The notes: generated by a model not told the origin, from the sequence alone. A DNA stretch of 64,000 bases from Pseudomonadota bacterium (GCA_030148545.1 JASBTF010000001.1:68885-132884), one strand, 5' to 3'. Positions 10,988 to 21,134 are shown, numbered from the stretch's first letter. Translations and numbers: made by a program.

Positions 10988-11836
10988 ATGAAACTTACAA
11001 AATTTGTAGCACTAACAACAGCTGTTGTGGTGATGAGTGGTTCTGTACTGGCGGTAACTGGTGTGGATGTTAACTTGGCGGGTAAGCAGCGCATGCTGAC
11101 CCAAAAAATGAGTAAAGAAGTAGCGCTGATTGCCAGCGGTGTGGATGTAAGCGCCAATGTAGCCAGCCTAAAAGCTAGCCATGACCTGTTTGATAAAACT
11201 TTGAAAGGTTTGCGCACTGGTGACGAAGGTTTAGGCCTTGCTGGTACCAGCGATGGTGGCATTACTGGATGCTTGGATAGTGTTGAAGGTGTGTGGAGCA
11301 AGTTTGGTGGTTCTATTGCCGAAATTACTGCTGCTGGCAGCGTGAGTGATGAACAGCTGCAGGTGGTGGCAACCCGTAACCGCCCACTACTAACTGTGAT
11401 GAACCGTTGTGTAAAACTGTTTGAAAAAGCGGTGGGTGATTCTGGTGCTTCTGCCGAAATTGCTATGGCAATTAACGTGGTTGGTCGCCAGCGTATGTTG
11501 ACCCAAAAAATGAGCAAAGAGTTCTTTTTGCTGAGTGCTGGGTATAAGCCTGATTACCAAAAAGGTGAAATTGCTAAAACTATAGCCCAGTTTGATGGTG
11601 CGTTGAGTGGCCTGATTAACGGCGATAGCGTTGCTGGCTTGCCAGTGGCACCAAGTGCTGAAATTAAAGCTCAGCTAGAAAAAGTAAAAGGTATGTGGGC
11701 ACCGTTTAAGGCAGTTATGGAAAAAGCTGCCGCAGGTGAAGCGTTAACCGATGCTGATAAAAAAGCAGTAGCCGCGCAAAACATGCCATTGCTTAAAGCG
11801 ATGAATGCTGCGGTGGTGATGTACACCAAGCTGTAG
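10988..11836 (+). CDS. Periplasmic protein with two tandem PilJ/NarX-type N-terminal sensor-like domains
   Basis: Signal peptide. The duplicated motif GKQRMLTQKMSKE / GRQRMLTQKMSKE is characteristic of type IV pili methyl-accepting chemotaxis transducer N-terminal domains. No transducer module follows. Confidence 0.55.
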   Translation: MKLTKFVALTTAVVVMSGSVLAVTGVDVNLAGKQRMLTQKMSKEVALIASGVDVSANVASLKASHDLFDKTLKGLRTGDEGLGLAGTSDGGITGCLDSVEGVWSKFGGSIAEITAAGSVSDEQLQVVATRNRPLLTVMNRCVKLFEKAVGDSGASAEIAMAINVVGRQRMLTQKMSKEFFLLSAGYKPDYQKGEIAKTIAQFDGALSGLINGDSVAGLPVAPSAEIKAQLEKVKGMWAPFKAVMEKAAAGEALTDADKKAVAAQNMPLLKAMNAAVVMYTKL

Positions 11837-11851
11837 AAAACTCTACGCACT

Positions 11852-11880
11852 AAAAAGCCCCCACTACGGGGGCTTTTCTG
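11852..11880 (+). terminator. Rho-independent terminator
   Basis: AGCCCCCACtacGGGGGCT followed by TTTCTG. Confidence 0.55.
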
Positions 11881-11982
11881 CGCTGTGAATACGGGGTACT
11901 AGAGGGTTCGCAAGCGTAAGCGAGGGCACCCCTAGGAGCACGCAAAAACCCCGTTTTTTGCGCTGCGAATAAAAATAACCGC

Positions 11983-12008
11983 ATAAAAAAATCGCCTTAC
12001 GGCGATGT
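11983..12008 (-). terminator. Terminator downstream of tRNA-Ala
   Basis: On the minus strand, ATCGCCgtaaGGCGAT is followed by TTTTTTT. Confidence 0.55.
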
Positions 12009-12017
12009 TTTTAATGA

Positions 12018-12093
12018 TGGTGGACCCGGACGGGATCGAACCGACGACCTCCTGCGTGCAAAGCAAGCGCTCTCCCAGCTGAGCTACGGGCCC
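12018..12093 (-). tRNA. tRNA-Ala (anticodon UGC)
   Basis: Reverse complement reads GGGCCCGTAGCTCAGCTGGGAGAGCGCTTGCTTTGCACGCAAGAGGTCGTCGGTTCGATCCCGTCCGGGTCCACCA. Cloverleaf is intact, the anticodon loop is CTTTGCACG, and CCA is encoded. Confidence 0.9.
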
Positions 12094-12194
12094 ATTTTTG
12101 ATACTGCCACACGTGGCATTACCAAAACCATGCGCCGCTGTTTATGCTATATTTTCTACCCGGTCAAGCTTTTATTGTTTTATAGTTCGCCACG

Positions 12195-14885
12195 ATGTCG
12201 TCAAAACTTGCCCCTTGCTATGTTACAGCGCCCGGTGTGGATACGCTGGCTTTGGCTGTGAGTGCGCTGAAGGCTGAGTTTTCCGACCCGTTTGCGCTGG
12301 CACAGGTAACGGTGTGGGTGCCAAATAGTCGTGCTGCGTTGGCGCTTAAGGAACAGTTTTTAGCGGGAGCACAAACACAAGTTTTGCCGCAAATTCGTAT
12401 TTTAGGGGTGGATGATGCCCCACAGCAGCGCAGCGATGTGCTTACCGCTGCTGAAAAACATGCGGTGTTTAGCAGTTTATTACAGCAGCACGAACCAGAG
12501 CTGGCAGCGGCACAAGCCAGCCACATTGCCAGTAGTTTGGTGAGTTTGCACAATCAACTAGTAACAAACGACGTACCGCGGGTGCGGTTGAGCGAGCTGG
12601 TAACCGATGAAAACCATGCAGCGCATTGGCAGCGTAACCAAGCGTGGTTGCTTGCGGTGTGGGAGGGGTACGATACGTGGCTAAAAGAGCACCAACGTTT
12701 TGACCCTGCACAACACAGCCGCCAACAGCTGTGGGCGCAAACGCAGCAGTATCAACAGCCAGATTTTGACCAGCCGGTATGGGTAGTGGGTTTGGTGGAT
12801 ACCACCAAACCAGCTCAGCAGTTAATGCGTGCGGTAGCACAGTTAGCGCAAGGTACGTTGGTGTTCCCAGGGGTGGATTTGGCGCCATTGCAACAAGAAT
12901 TAACATTTACTGCTGCGGATGCCCCATTACAGCAGTTGCTGAAAGCGTTGGATATTCCAGTAGAGCATGTGCAGGCATGGGGTGAAAAAGCTGCCACGCC
13001 AGAGGTGCAGGTGGCTAGTTGTGCTGATTCAGCGCAGGAAGCCGGGTTAATTGCCTTACAGCTGCGTCAAGCTATTGCGCAACAGCAAAAAGTAGCGGTG
13101 GTCACGCCGGACCGTAGGCTTGCCAGCATGGTGCAGCAGCAATGTGTAGCTTGGGGCTTGGTGGTGGATGATTCGGCAGGGCAGCCGCTGCTACATACGC
13201 CGCACGGGCAGTTGCTGATGTTGAGCTTAGCCGTGTTTGTTGAGCGTTATGCAGCCGTGCCGTTGCTAGATTTATTAAAACACCCACTGTTGAATTTGGT
13301 TAAAGAACAGCGTGATGCAGCGCACACGCTGGAGCGAGATGTGCTGCGTGGCACGGCAGAGCAAGGCCTAGCGGCATACCGCAGGCGTGTGAAATCGGCA
13401 GTGCAAAGAGAGCTGCTAGATACTGTGCAGGGTTGGTATCGCAGTTGGGATGCGGCAAGTAAACAGCCGCTAGAAACATGGCTTACCCAGCACCAGCAGT
13501 TGATGACTCAGTTGGTAGAAAACGTTGATGATGAGCCATGGCAAAACGTGTGGGAGGTGTTGGGTAGTGGTGTGCCAGTGCAGCTGGATATTTATGGCTA
13601 CACAGCATGGTTGGAGCAAGCGTTGCAGCAAGAAACCGTGCGGCAAGAAGGCACGGTGCCTAATGTGTTTATTTGGGGCCCGCTAGAGGCGCGCTTGCAG
13701 CAGGTAGATAAGGTGGTTTTGGCTGGGAGTGTGCAAGGGGTGTGGCCGCACACGGCTAAGGTTTCTCCATGGTTGAACCGTGCGCAACGGGCGCAATTGG
13801 GTTTACCTTCTGCAGATATTCAACTGGGGTTAAACCACCACGACTGGCGCCAGCTGTGCCACCACACAGAAGTGTTGGTGACCTGCAGTGCTAGCCACCA
13901 TGGTGAGGCGGCAGAGCCTAGCCGATGGCTGGCAAGTACGGCTACCACTGCACTGCCCGAGCATTGGTTTAGCTGGGTGCGGCAGTGGCAACAGCAGGGG
14001 GAAGCGTCGCAAACTCAGCACGCTATGAGTTGGCACCCGCGTGCTGAGCAACTCCCCATGCGGTGGAGTCCATCGTTGGTGGCGGAGCTGGTGCAATGCC
14101 CGTACAAAGCATTTGCGCGGCGTGCGCTTAAGCTGGAGGCGTGGGAGCCATTAACACCTCAGTATGATGCACGTGGCCTTGGTATTGCGGTACATGGCTG
14201 GCTGGAAGGTTTGGTGGCAGCAGTGCGTGGTGTGCCTAGCACGCCGTATCAGGGTGATTGGCAGGATAGTAGCCAGCTGACCACGTTTTTGTTGGATATT
14301 TTACCTGCTGCGCTAGCTGATTTACCAAAGCTAAGCCGTACGCTGTGGCAGCCACGGTTGCAGGCGCTGGCGCCAAAGTTGGCAGCACGGTTGGCGCAAC
14401 AAGCGCAGCATGGTTTTGTGCCAGCGCAGGCGGAGGCTAAGTTAGAAGCACGTTTGGGTGACGTGACCATGATGGGCTATGCCGACCGGGTGGATCAGGG
14501 CAGTGGTCGTGTGGCGGTGGTGGATTATAAAACGCAGTCTCAGTTGGATGCTACCAGTAGCTTAAAGAGTGGAGCGGCACCGCAATTGGCTGTGTTGCAG
14601 TGGTTGCTGCACCAAAATAACCAAGCGGTAGACAGTGTGGCGCTATGGGGCTTGGCCAAAGGTGGCGCTGGGGTGGATGTGCAAGGCGTGTTCAGCGGTG
14701 AAGATTTGGCGCAAATGTTGGAAGACACGGCGGATGGCTTAGCGCGTTATGTACACCATTTTGTGGCGGAGAATGGCTTGTGGCCGGCGGTGCCGGGTGG
14801 GCAGAGTACACTGAAGTTGGAACAACAATGCCGTGGGTGTGGCTATCGCGGTTTGTGCCGTGTGCGGGAGTGGGCTGATGCGTAA
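12195..14885 (+). CDS. addB: Double-strand break repair protein AddB (alphaproteobacterial type)
   Basis: 896 aa. C-terminal RecB-like nuclease with cysteine cluster (…VVDYKTQS…CRGCGYRGLCR). Its stop overlaps the addA start (ATGCGTAA). Confidence 0.8.
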   Translation: MSSKLAPCYVTAPGVDTLALAVSALKAEFSDPFALAQVTVWVPNSRAALALKEQFLAGAQTQVLPQIRILGVDDAPQQRSDVLTAAEKHAVFSSLLQQHEPELAAAQASHIASSLVSLHNQLVTNDVPRVRLSELVTDENHAAHWQRNQAWLLAVWEGYDTWLKEHQRFDPAQHSRQQLWAQTQQYQQPDFDQPVWVVGLVDTTKPAQQLMRAVAQLAQGTLVFPGVDLAPLQQELTFTAADAPLQQLLKALDIPVEHVQAWGEKAATPEVQVASCADSAQEAGLIALQLRQAIAQQQKVAVVTPDRRLASMVQQQCVAWGLVVDDSAGQPLLHTPHGQLLMLSLAVFVERYAAVPLLDLLKHPLLNLVKEQRDAAHTLERDVLRGTAEQGLAAYRRRVKSAVQRELLDTVQGWYRSWDAASKQPLETWLTQHQQLMTQLVENVDDEPWQNVWEVLGSGVPVQLDIYGYTAWLEQALQQETVRQEGTVPNVFIWGPLEARLQQVDKVVLAGSVQGVWPHTAKVSPWLNRAQRAQLGLPSADIQLGLNHHDWRQLCHHTEVLVTCSASHHGEAAEPSRWLASTATTALPEHWFSWVRQWQQQGEASQTQHAMSWHPRAEQLPMRWSPSLVAELVQCPYKAFARRALKLEAWEPLTPQYDARGLGIAVHGWLEGLVAAVRGVPSTPYQGDWQDSSQLTTFLLDILPAALADLPKLSRTLWQPRLQALAPKLAARLAQQAQHGFVPAQAEAKLEARLGDVTMMGYADRVDQGSGRVAVVDYKTQSQLDATSSLKSGAAPQLAVLQWLLHQNNQAVDSVALWGLAKGGAGVDVQGVFSGEDLAQMLEDTADGLARYVHHFVAENGLWPAVPGGQSTLKLEQQCRGCGYRGLCRVREWADA

Positions 14886-17800
14886 GGAGCTATTTGATGC
14901 GGGCATTTTAAATAACGCTCAACAGGCACAGCAACAGGCGTTGCAGCCTGCACCTGCGTTGTGGATTGGTGCCCATGCCGGTACAGGTAAAACGCACCTG
15001 TTGGTGCATAAACTGGTGGTGCTCTTGTTGCGGGATGATGCGGTGGCGCCAAGCCAAGTACTGGCACTGACCTTTACCCGTGCGGCGGCAGCGGAGCTTG
15101 CTAGCCGCCTACGTGGCCAACTGATGAAGCTGAGCCTGATGGGTGAGAGTGAGATCACAGTTTGGTTGCAGGAACATACGCTGGCCGATATGCCGCTGGA
15201 TGCTGTGCGCCAGCGGGTACAGAGCATTTTGCAAGCACCGCAGGGTGTGCAATGCAAAACGCTGGATAGTTTTTGCCAGCAGCTGGTGCAGCAGTTCCCG
15301 ATTGAATGTGGCCTAACTCCGGGTGTGGAAGTGGTGGAAGAGGTAGACGCCAGCGCTTTGCGCCAACAAGCATTGCACAACGTGCTGACGAGCGATGATG
15401 ATGTATTGGTTGCCGCACGGGAAACATTGTTGGAGCACACAGCGCCAACCACACTGCAAAACATGGTGGCAACAGCGGCGCAGCAAGTACCACTGCAACT
15501 GCTGGCGGGTGTGAATTTGGCACAACTGGCAGGTTGGTTGGGGCTGGATGAGGCCGCTGCTAATGAGCCGCTACCGCAATGGTGGCAGCAACAGCAGGCG
15601 CAAATTTTACCACAGGTGCAGTGGGCGGCTGCCCATTGGCGCAAAAGCACCAAAGCTAACCAAAGTGGATTAATTGGTGATGTAACGGAAGCCGCAGGCC
15701 GTGGCGAACTCAATTGGGCGCGTTTGGTGGGTTTGGTGGTGAATGTTAAGGCTGGGGTTGCGCACCCGCCAGAAAAGCCATTTAAAAAAGATGACCTGAC
15801 CGATATTGATGATGAGGTTTTGGTGCGCTTGGAGCAGCTGCACGAGCAGGTATTTACGGTGTTTGAAGAGCATAATAAGCGCCGCCTGTTGGAGCAAACA
15901 TGGGCGCTGCTGTTACTGAGTGCGCGTACGGTTGCAGCGTATGACCAGTTGAAGCGCCAGTATGGTGTGGTGGATTTTGCGGATTTAAGTACCTTTGCGG
16001 TGAAGCTGTTGCGTGACCCTGCACAGCGCGATTGGGTGCGCTACAAGTTGGAGCAACGCTTGCGCCATGTGTTGGTGGACGAAGCACAAGACACCAGCCC
16101 TGCACAGTGGGCAGTGGTGCAGGCGCTGGTAGAGGAATTTGCCTATAGTGAGCACAGCAGCAGCCTGACCATTGTGGGGGATGTAAAGCAGTCGATTTAC
16201 GCCTTCCGGCAGGCAGAGCCTCGTTTGTTTGTGGAGGATATGCGCAAACAGGTAGATGCTTTGGGTGGGCAGGTGGTGCGCTTGGCAACATCGTTTCGCA
16301 GTAGTTCGGTAATTACCACATTGGCAAACCAGCTTTTGGCACAGCCGGGTGTGCAACAACAATTGGGCGAGCCCGAGGCCGTGCCGCACCAAGCAGTAGC
16401 GGCAAATTGTGGTGGGCAGGTAACGCTATGGCCGCTCGTGCAGGCCGATGAAACTGAAAAAGAAGAACCGCAAAGCTGGCCATTGCCTGCACGGCAAGCT
16501 GCCAAAGTTGGTGTGGCAGAAAAATTGGCGCAGCAGCTGGTGGCGCATGTTCAGCAACTTTTAGGTAGTACGCATGTGTTGGAAAGCACGGGCAAAGCGG
16601 TATCGGCAGGGGATATTATGGTGCTGTGCCGTGGCCGTACTGGTGTGCATAACGCGGTGGTGGCGGCGTTACAGGCGGCGGGTATTCCGGTTGTGGTGGA
16701 TGTTGGCCAAGGTGATGGCACACCAACTGTGGTTGTAGATGACTTGATAGCGCTGGTAGCGTTTTTGAGTAACCCGCTAGATGATGTGAGCTTGCTGCAA
16801 TGCTTGCGTAGCCCGTGGGGCGGCTGGCAGGAAAAAGATGTGCTGGAAGCTATTACGCCTGGTGAGCCGTTATGGTTAGCATTGCAAGAGCATGCTCACC
16901 CTACAGTGCAAAAGTTAGTGCTGCTGCGGGAAAAAGTTGGTTTAGTTACACCGCAAAACTTGTTGAGCGAGGCGGTGCGTGTGTTGGGCGTGCGGGTGAG
17001 TTATGCACAAAATAGTGCGGTGGTGCAGCAGCAAGTTGATGCGCTGTTGGCCACTGCTGGTGAGCACCAGCAATTAACAGCATTGCTGGATGCGTTGCAG
17101 CAAAATCCGCCGCGGCCACCAGCGCAGAGCGAGAGTGGCGGTGCGGTGCGGGTGATGACGGTGCATCAGTCTAAGGGGTTGGAGGCGCCGATTGTATTTT
17201 TGCCCGATACGGCAAATAGCATGGGTGATTTGCGTGGTGCTGATAAGGAGCCGCTACTGATGCGCCCGCAAGGCGCTGATGAAAGCTGGCCACCACTGGT
17301 GATGCGGCTTACCAAAACATGGGCGCCAGATTGTCAAATTGAGTGGGAACAGCATGTGCAACAGGCACGCACGGCAGAGGAATTACGGTTGCTTTATGTG
17401 GCGCTAACGCGGGCGGGAGAGCAGTTACACATTATGGGTGTGCAAACTAAAAAGAAAGTGCCAGATAACTGCTGGTATGGCGTGTTACATCAAGTGGCAG
17501 AGGATAATAGCTGGGCTGAGCAAGATGAAAAAAAAGTGCTGTTCCAGCCAGCGAGTGAAGTGCTTACGCCGCAGGTGGAAGCTCAGCAAGAAATACCAGC
17601 GTTGCCAGCATGGGCGCTGGAAAATGTGGCAACAGCGCAGCCAAAAACGACGCGTGAACAAGCCAGTAGCACACAGGTTGAGAGCGCTGAAGGTGCTGCC
17701 TTTGGTGACCATGTGCACCATGTGTTGGCGCAGCTTAACCGCGCTCCGCTAGCTCAACAACAAACAGTTTTAGACCAAAGTTTGGTTACTGTGCCTGCGC

Positions 17801-18114
17801 CATGGCGTGGTGCGGTAGCGGCACAGGTGCGGGCAGTGTGGCAGGCGCACGCGCAGTTGTTTACGGACCAGTGTTTGGCTGAGGTACCGCTTGGTGGTCA
17901 GACATCGTTTGGGGTTATAGATTTGTTGGTGGTGCACGAAGCTGAAGTGTGGGTGGTAGATTATAAAACCGACCGTGAGCCAGCAGCTGAGGACGTGGAA
18001 AAATATACGCGCCAATTGCAGTTTTATGCACGAGCGGTGCAGCAGCTGTGGCCTAATAAATCGGTAAAATGTGCCTTGCTGTGGACACAAAACGCAACAC
18101 TACAATGGCTGTAA
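14878..18114 (+). CDS. addA: Double-strand break repair helicase AddA (UvrD-like helicase plus C-terminal nuclease)
   Basis: Walker A GAHAGTGKTHLL. UvrD helicase motifs (VDEAQDTSPAQW, TVHQSKGLEAP). C-terminal PD-(D/E)XK segment (IDLLVVHEAEVWVVDYKTD). Confidence 0.85.
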   Translation: MRKELFDAGILNNAQQAQQQALQPAPALWIGAHAGTGKTHLLVHKLVVLLLRDDAVAPSQVLALTFTRAAAAELASRLRGQLMKLSLMGESEITVWLQEHTLADMPLDAVRQRVQSILQAPQGVQCKTLDSFCQQLVQQFPIECGLTPGVEVVEEVDASALRQQALHNVLTSDDDVLVAARETLLEHTAPTTLQNMVATAAQQVPLQLLAGVNLAQLAGWLGLDEAAANEPLPQWWQQQQAQILPQVQWAAAHWRKSTKANQSGLIGDVTEAAGRGELNWARLVGLVVNVKAGVAHPPEKPFKKDDLTDIDDEVLVRLEQLHEQVFTVFEEHNKRRLLEQTWALLLLSARTVAAYDQLKRQYGVVDFADLSTFAVKLLRDPAQRDWVRYKLEQRLRHVLVDEAQDTSPAQWAVVQALVEEFAYSEHSSSLTIVGDVKQSIYAFRQAEPRLFVEDMRKQVDALGGQVVRLATSFRSSSVITTLANQLLAQPGVQQQLGEPEAVPHQAVAANCGGQVTLWPLVQADETEKEEPQSWPLPARQAAKVGVAEKLAQQLVAHVQQLLGSTHVLESTGKAVSAGDIMVLCRGRTGVHNAVVAALQAAGIPVVVDVGQGDGTPTVVVDDLIALVAFLSNPLDDVSLLQCLRSPWGGWQEKDVLEAITPGEPLWLALQEHAHPTVQKLVLLREKVGLVTPQNLLSEAVRVLGVRVSYAQNSAVVQQQVDALLATAGEHQQLTALLDALQQNPPRPPAQSESGGAVRVMTVHQSKGLEAPIVFLPDTANSMGDLRGADKEPLLMRPQGADESWPPLVMRLTKTWAPDCQIEWEQHVQQARTAEELRLLYVALTRAGEQLHIMGVQTKKKVPDNCWYGVLHQVAEDNSWAEQDEKKVLFQPASEVLTPQVEAQQEIPALPAWALENVATAQPKTTREQASSTQVESAEGAAFGDHVHHVLAQLNRAPLAQQQTVLDQSLVTVPAPWRGAVAAQVRAVWQAHAQLFTDQCLAEVPLGGQTSFGVIDLLVVHEAEVWVVDYKTDREPAAEDVEKYTRQLQFYARAVQQLWPNKSVKCALLWTQNATLQWL

Positions 18115-18211
18115 AGCCACACTTGCTGCATGGTACGTGCGGTTGTGGGTGGCAAAAGAAGTTTGTTCTGCTACAGTAGCTATCAACAACGAGCAATAAG
18201 GTGAACCCAAC

Positions 18212-19402
18212 ATGCCCGCCGCGAAGAAGCCAGCTGCAAAATCAGATTCTACTAAAAAAACAGCAACCAAAACTGCTGCTAAAAAAACACCCGTAAAAAA
18301 AGCCGCTGCCAAAAAGCCTGCAGCTAAGAAAGCTGTGCCTAAAAAAGCGGCCGCAGCTAAGAAAACACCAGCTGTGACGAAGCCAAAAATGCGTAAAACC
18401 ACGTTCCGTGTGCAGCGTACCGAAGCTTTAGATACGGGCGAGCAAAAAGTGTGGTGGGATACTTTTGAAGTACCGTTCCACCGTGCGACCACCGTGCTGG
18501 AAGGGTTGGAGTATGTAAAAGGCCAGCTGGATGGTACGCTAACGTTCCGCCGTAGTTGCCGTGCAAGCATTTGTGGTTCTTGCGGTATGTTTGTGAACAA
18601 CCGTTCGCGCTTGGCATGTAAAACTAAAATTGCTGAGCTGGTAGATGGTGACCCAAGCCGTAACCGCGCTCCTGCTGATGAAATTGTAATTACGCCACAA
18701 AACAACCAGCCGGTGCTGAAAGATTTGGTGGTGGATATTGAGCCGTTCTTTAACAAAGTGCAGCACATTAAGCCATTTGTACAAGACGGGGCAGAAGCAA
18801 TGCCAAGCGTGGATAAAACCAGCTTTGAGCAGGTGAATATGGTGAGTAACTGCATTATGTGCGGCCTATGTTACTCCGACTGTACGGCACTGGTTGAAAA
18901 CCCTGATTATTTAGGCCCTGCGGCACTGGCCAAAGCGTTTCGTTTTGTATCGGACCCACGTGAAGGTAAAAAATCTGACCGTTTGAAGAAGTTAGCCCAA
19001 AAACACGGCGTGTGGGACTGCACCCGTTGTGGCATGTGTATTGATGCCTGCCCGAAAGGTGTGGCGCCTATGGAAGCAATTGTGAAGCTACGTAGTCGCG
19101 GTATGGCTGCTGGTACGGATAAATCTGCCGGGGCGCGCCATGCTATGTTATTTAAAAAGGATATTGCCACTTGGGGCGTGTTGAATGAGGCCTTTATGCT
19201 GGTTAAAACTATGCATTTTGGTGTGTTTGGCCAAATTGGTAACGCACTAAACTTGGTGAAGAAAGGTAAGATCCCTAACCCATTCCCGTATGACCACAAG
19301 GTGGGCAAGCTGGATGAGGTAAAACGTATTTACCAAGCACTGGAAGATAACCCGATCAATGTAGAAACGCGCGAGGAAGACTCTGGTCCAGGCGCGGGTT
19401 GA
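18212..19402 (+). CDS. Succinate dehydrogenase/fumarate reductase iron-sulfur subunit-like protein with N-terminal Lys/Ala/Pro-rich histone-H1-like tail
   Basis: 2Fe-2S motif CRASICGSCGMF…C. Two CxxCxxCxxxC(P) ferredoxin motifs (CIMCGLCYSDC, CTRCGMCIDACP). An ~55-aa AAKKPAAKK-type N-terminal tail and an ~100-aa C-terminal extension. No sdhA/C/D adjacent. Confidence 0.6.
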   Translation: MPAAKKPAAKSDSTKKTATKTAAKKTPVKKAAAKKPAAKKAVPKKAAAAKKTPAVTKPKMRKTTFRVQRTEALDTGEQKVWWDTFEVPFHRATTVLEGLEYVKGQLDGTLTFRRSCRASICGSCGMFVNNRSRLACKTKIAELVDGDPSRNRAPADEIVITPQNNQPVLKDLVVDIEPFFNKVQHIKPFVQDGAEAMPSVDKTSFEQVNMVSNCIMCGLCYSDCTALVENPDYLGPAALAKAFRFVSDPREGKKSDRLKKLAQKHGVWDCTRCGMCIDACPKGVAPMEAIVKLRSRGMAAGTDKSAGARHAMLFKKDIATWGVLNEAFMLVKTMHFGVFGQIGNALNLVKKGKIPNPFPYDHKVGKLDEVKRIYQALEDNPINVETREEDSGPGAG

Positions 19403-19414
19403 TATTTAGACTGC

Positions 19415-19500
19415 TCTCACACTGGCAAAGCCAGTGTTCGGCACCAGGAAGTATCCTGGACCTCCGCCAACCAACTGCCTAGCGGCAGCTTGGGATGGCG
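19415..19500. repeat. GC-rich palindromic dispersed repeat, copy a
   Basis: …GGCAAAGCC…CGGCACCAGG…CCTGGACC…GCCAACC… shared with 33906-33995 and, inverted, 46100-46188. Confidence 0.45.
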
Positions 19501-19578
19501 AAAAAGCTTAAGTGTTGCAAGAATTGCTGCGAGGTATAATTAAAGCGCCCAGTTGGGCGCTTTTTAATCGTTTAAAAG

Positions 19579-20046
19579 CTAGCCGTTTTTGCTGACTAGA
19601 GCGCGCAAGAAATCGAGTGCTTGGCGGCGTTTTTCTTGAGTTTGCAACGCAAAAAAGAGTTTTAAAATTTCGGCAGATTGCGCTGGGCTAACCATGCTGC
19701 TGTCGCTACTGCTTTCAGCGGCAACCAGTTGTGGTTGCTCAACCCCTGCGTAAAAATATTGAATATCAACACCAAATAAATGAGAAAGCTCGTTCAAGCG
19801 CGTCGCGCTTACACGGTTTGTGCCGCTTTCGTACTTTTGAATTTGCTGGAATGAAACACCAAGGCTTTTGGCTACTTTTTCTTGGCTGAGGCCAAGTTGC
19901 TGACGGCGCAGCTTAAGCTGTTGGCCAATAGCAGAGTCTACAGCCGAAGGTTTCTTGGGTGTGTGTTTGGTCGCTAATGCTGTCATATTAATCATACCTT
20001 TACTCATAATAGCAGTAAAAGGCAACTCTCCCAATAGGAGTAGCAA
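19579..20046 (-). CDS. XRE-family helix-turn-helix transcriptional regulator
   Basis: HTH_3 motif (QQLKLRRQQLGLSQEKVAKSLGVSFQQIQKYESGTNRVSATRL). The true start may be an internal Met (20007 or 19986). Confidence 0.75.
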   Translation of the reverse strand: MLLLLGELPFTAIMSKGMINMTALATKHTPKKPSAVDSAIGQQLKLRRQQLGLSQEKVAKSLGVSFQQIQKYESGTNRVSATRLNELSHLFGVDIQYFYAGVEQPQLVAAESSSDSSMVSPAQSAEILKLFFALQTQEKRRQALDFLRALVSKNG

Positions 20047-20066
20047 CTCAAACGGGAAAGCGTTTG

Positions 20067-21128
20067 CTACTCTGTATCAAAAATTCGGGCAGAAAGCGTG
20101 TTAAGTGGTGGTACTTCGCCGATGGGGGTGTTGTTAAACATAAGCTGTCCGCGCGACATGTGTAGGCGTACTTGTTTGCTAAGGCCGCTGCGACGAATAA
20201 GGCGTTCTAGCCAGCGGCTTTCAGCAATGATTTTCGGGTTTACCAGCTCTAGCGATAGCAGGCCGTTTAGGGTTGCATCGAGGTTGTTGGTCACGAGGCG
20301 TAAGTCGCCTGTGGGTTGGCGTTTTTGGTCCATACCCCATAAACCTTGGGCAGAGAGTTGGTAGTCGTTATTGCGGAAGGTAAAGCTTTCTAGCAGCATG
20401 AGGCGTTCAATAGGCTGCAAATTAGCTAGATTATTAAGCCAGTTTTGCTCAAGGAGTGGGCCGTTTCCTGCCAATAGTGGTCCGCTTAATTGCTGGGTAA
20501 TGGTTTTGTGGCGCGGTAGTAAAAATTCGGCACTGAGTAGGTCAAAAGTCCACCATGGTTGGTGTTGATTAAAGTTGATTTTTGCCTGTTGTAAGGAAAG
20601 TTTAAAGCCATTTCTGCCGTTAATAATGGCGTAACTATCGCCTAATTTTAGTTCGAACGCAGGTTTACTTGTATCACTGGGCTTTAGCGCAAAGTTATAG
20701 GCGCTTAAATTTAACTCGCCGCCATTTATTTGCGGGTAAAAGGTCAGACGACCGCGCTCAATAAAAATCTGATAATCAATATCCTTTTGGGCGGTGACAA
20801 GCGTTGCTTTAATCTCGCGTGGGAGCTCAATACTGATGATGTAATTACCAAACAAATCGTTACGAATGGTCATGTCGCCCATGCGTAGTGTAAGGGTGTG
20901 TGTGCTATCTAGTGGGAGCGGTAAGGTGACATCGTGCAGCGTGATTTCTGTTTGCGTGGGGAGGAAATGGCGTGCTGTCGTCGCAATTTCTAGCTGATTG
21001 TTCGTAAGCTCGTTAAGAGTTGCTAAAATTTGCTTTTCTACTTGGTTAGCAGCAAACCACCACGTACCAGCATAGCTTACAGCAAGCAGGGCAATGGCAA
21101 AGAGTAGGGCGGCAATAAAGCGAATCAT
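20067..21128 (-). CDS. Hypothetical membrane-anchored protein (DUF2125-like)
   Basis: N-terminal TM anchor (MIRFIAALLFAIALLAVSYAGTWW), then a long periplasmic domain. Confidence 0.5.
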   Translation of the reverse strand: MIRFIAALLFAIALLAVSYAGTWWFAANQVEKQILATLNELTNNQLEIATTARHFLPTQTEITLHDVTLPLPLDSTHTLTLRMGDMTIRNDLFGNYIISIELPREIKATLVTAQKDIDYQIFIERGRLTFYPQINGGELNLSAYNFALKPSDTSKPAFELKLGDSYAIINGRNGFKLSLQQAKINFNQHQPWWTFDLLSAEFLLPRHKTITQQLSGPLLAGNGPLLEQNWLNNLANLQPIERLMLLESFTFRNNDYQLSAQGLWGMDQKRQPTGDLRLVTNNLDATLNGLLSLELVNPKIIAESRWLERLIRRSGLSKQVRLHMSRGQLMFNNTPIGEVPPLNTLSARIFDTE

Positions 21129-21134
21129 TGAGCT

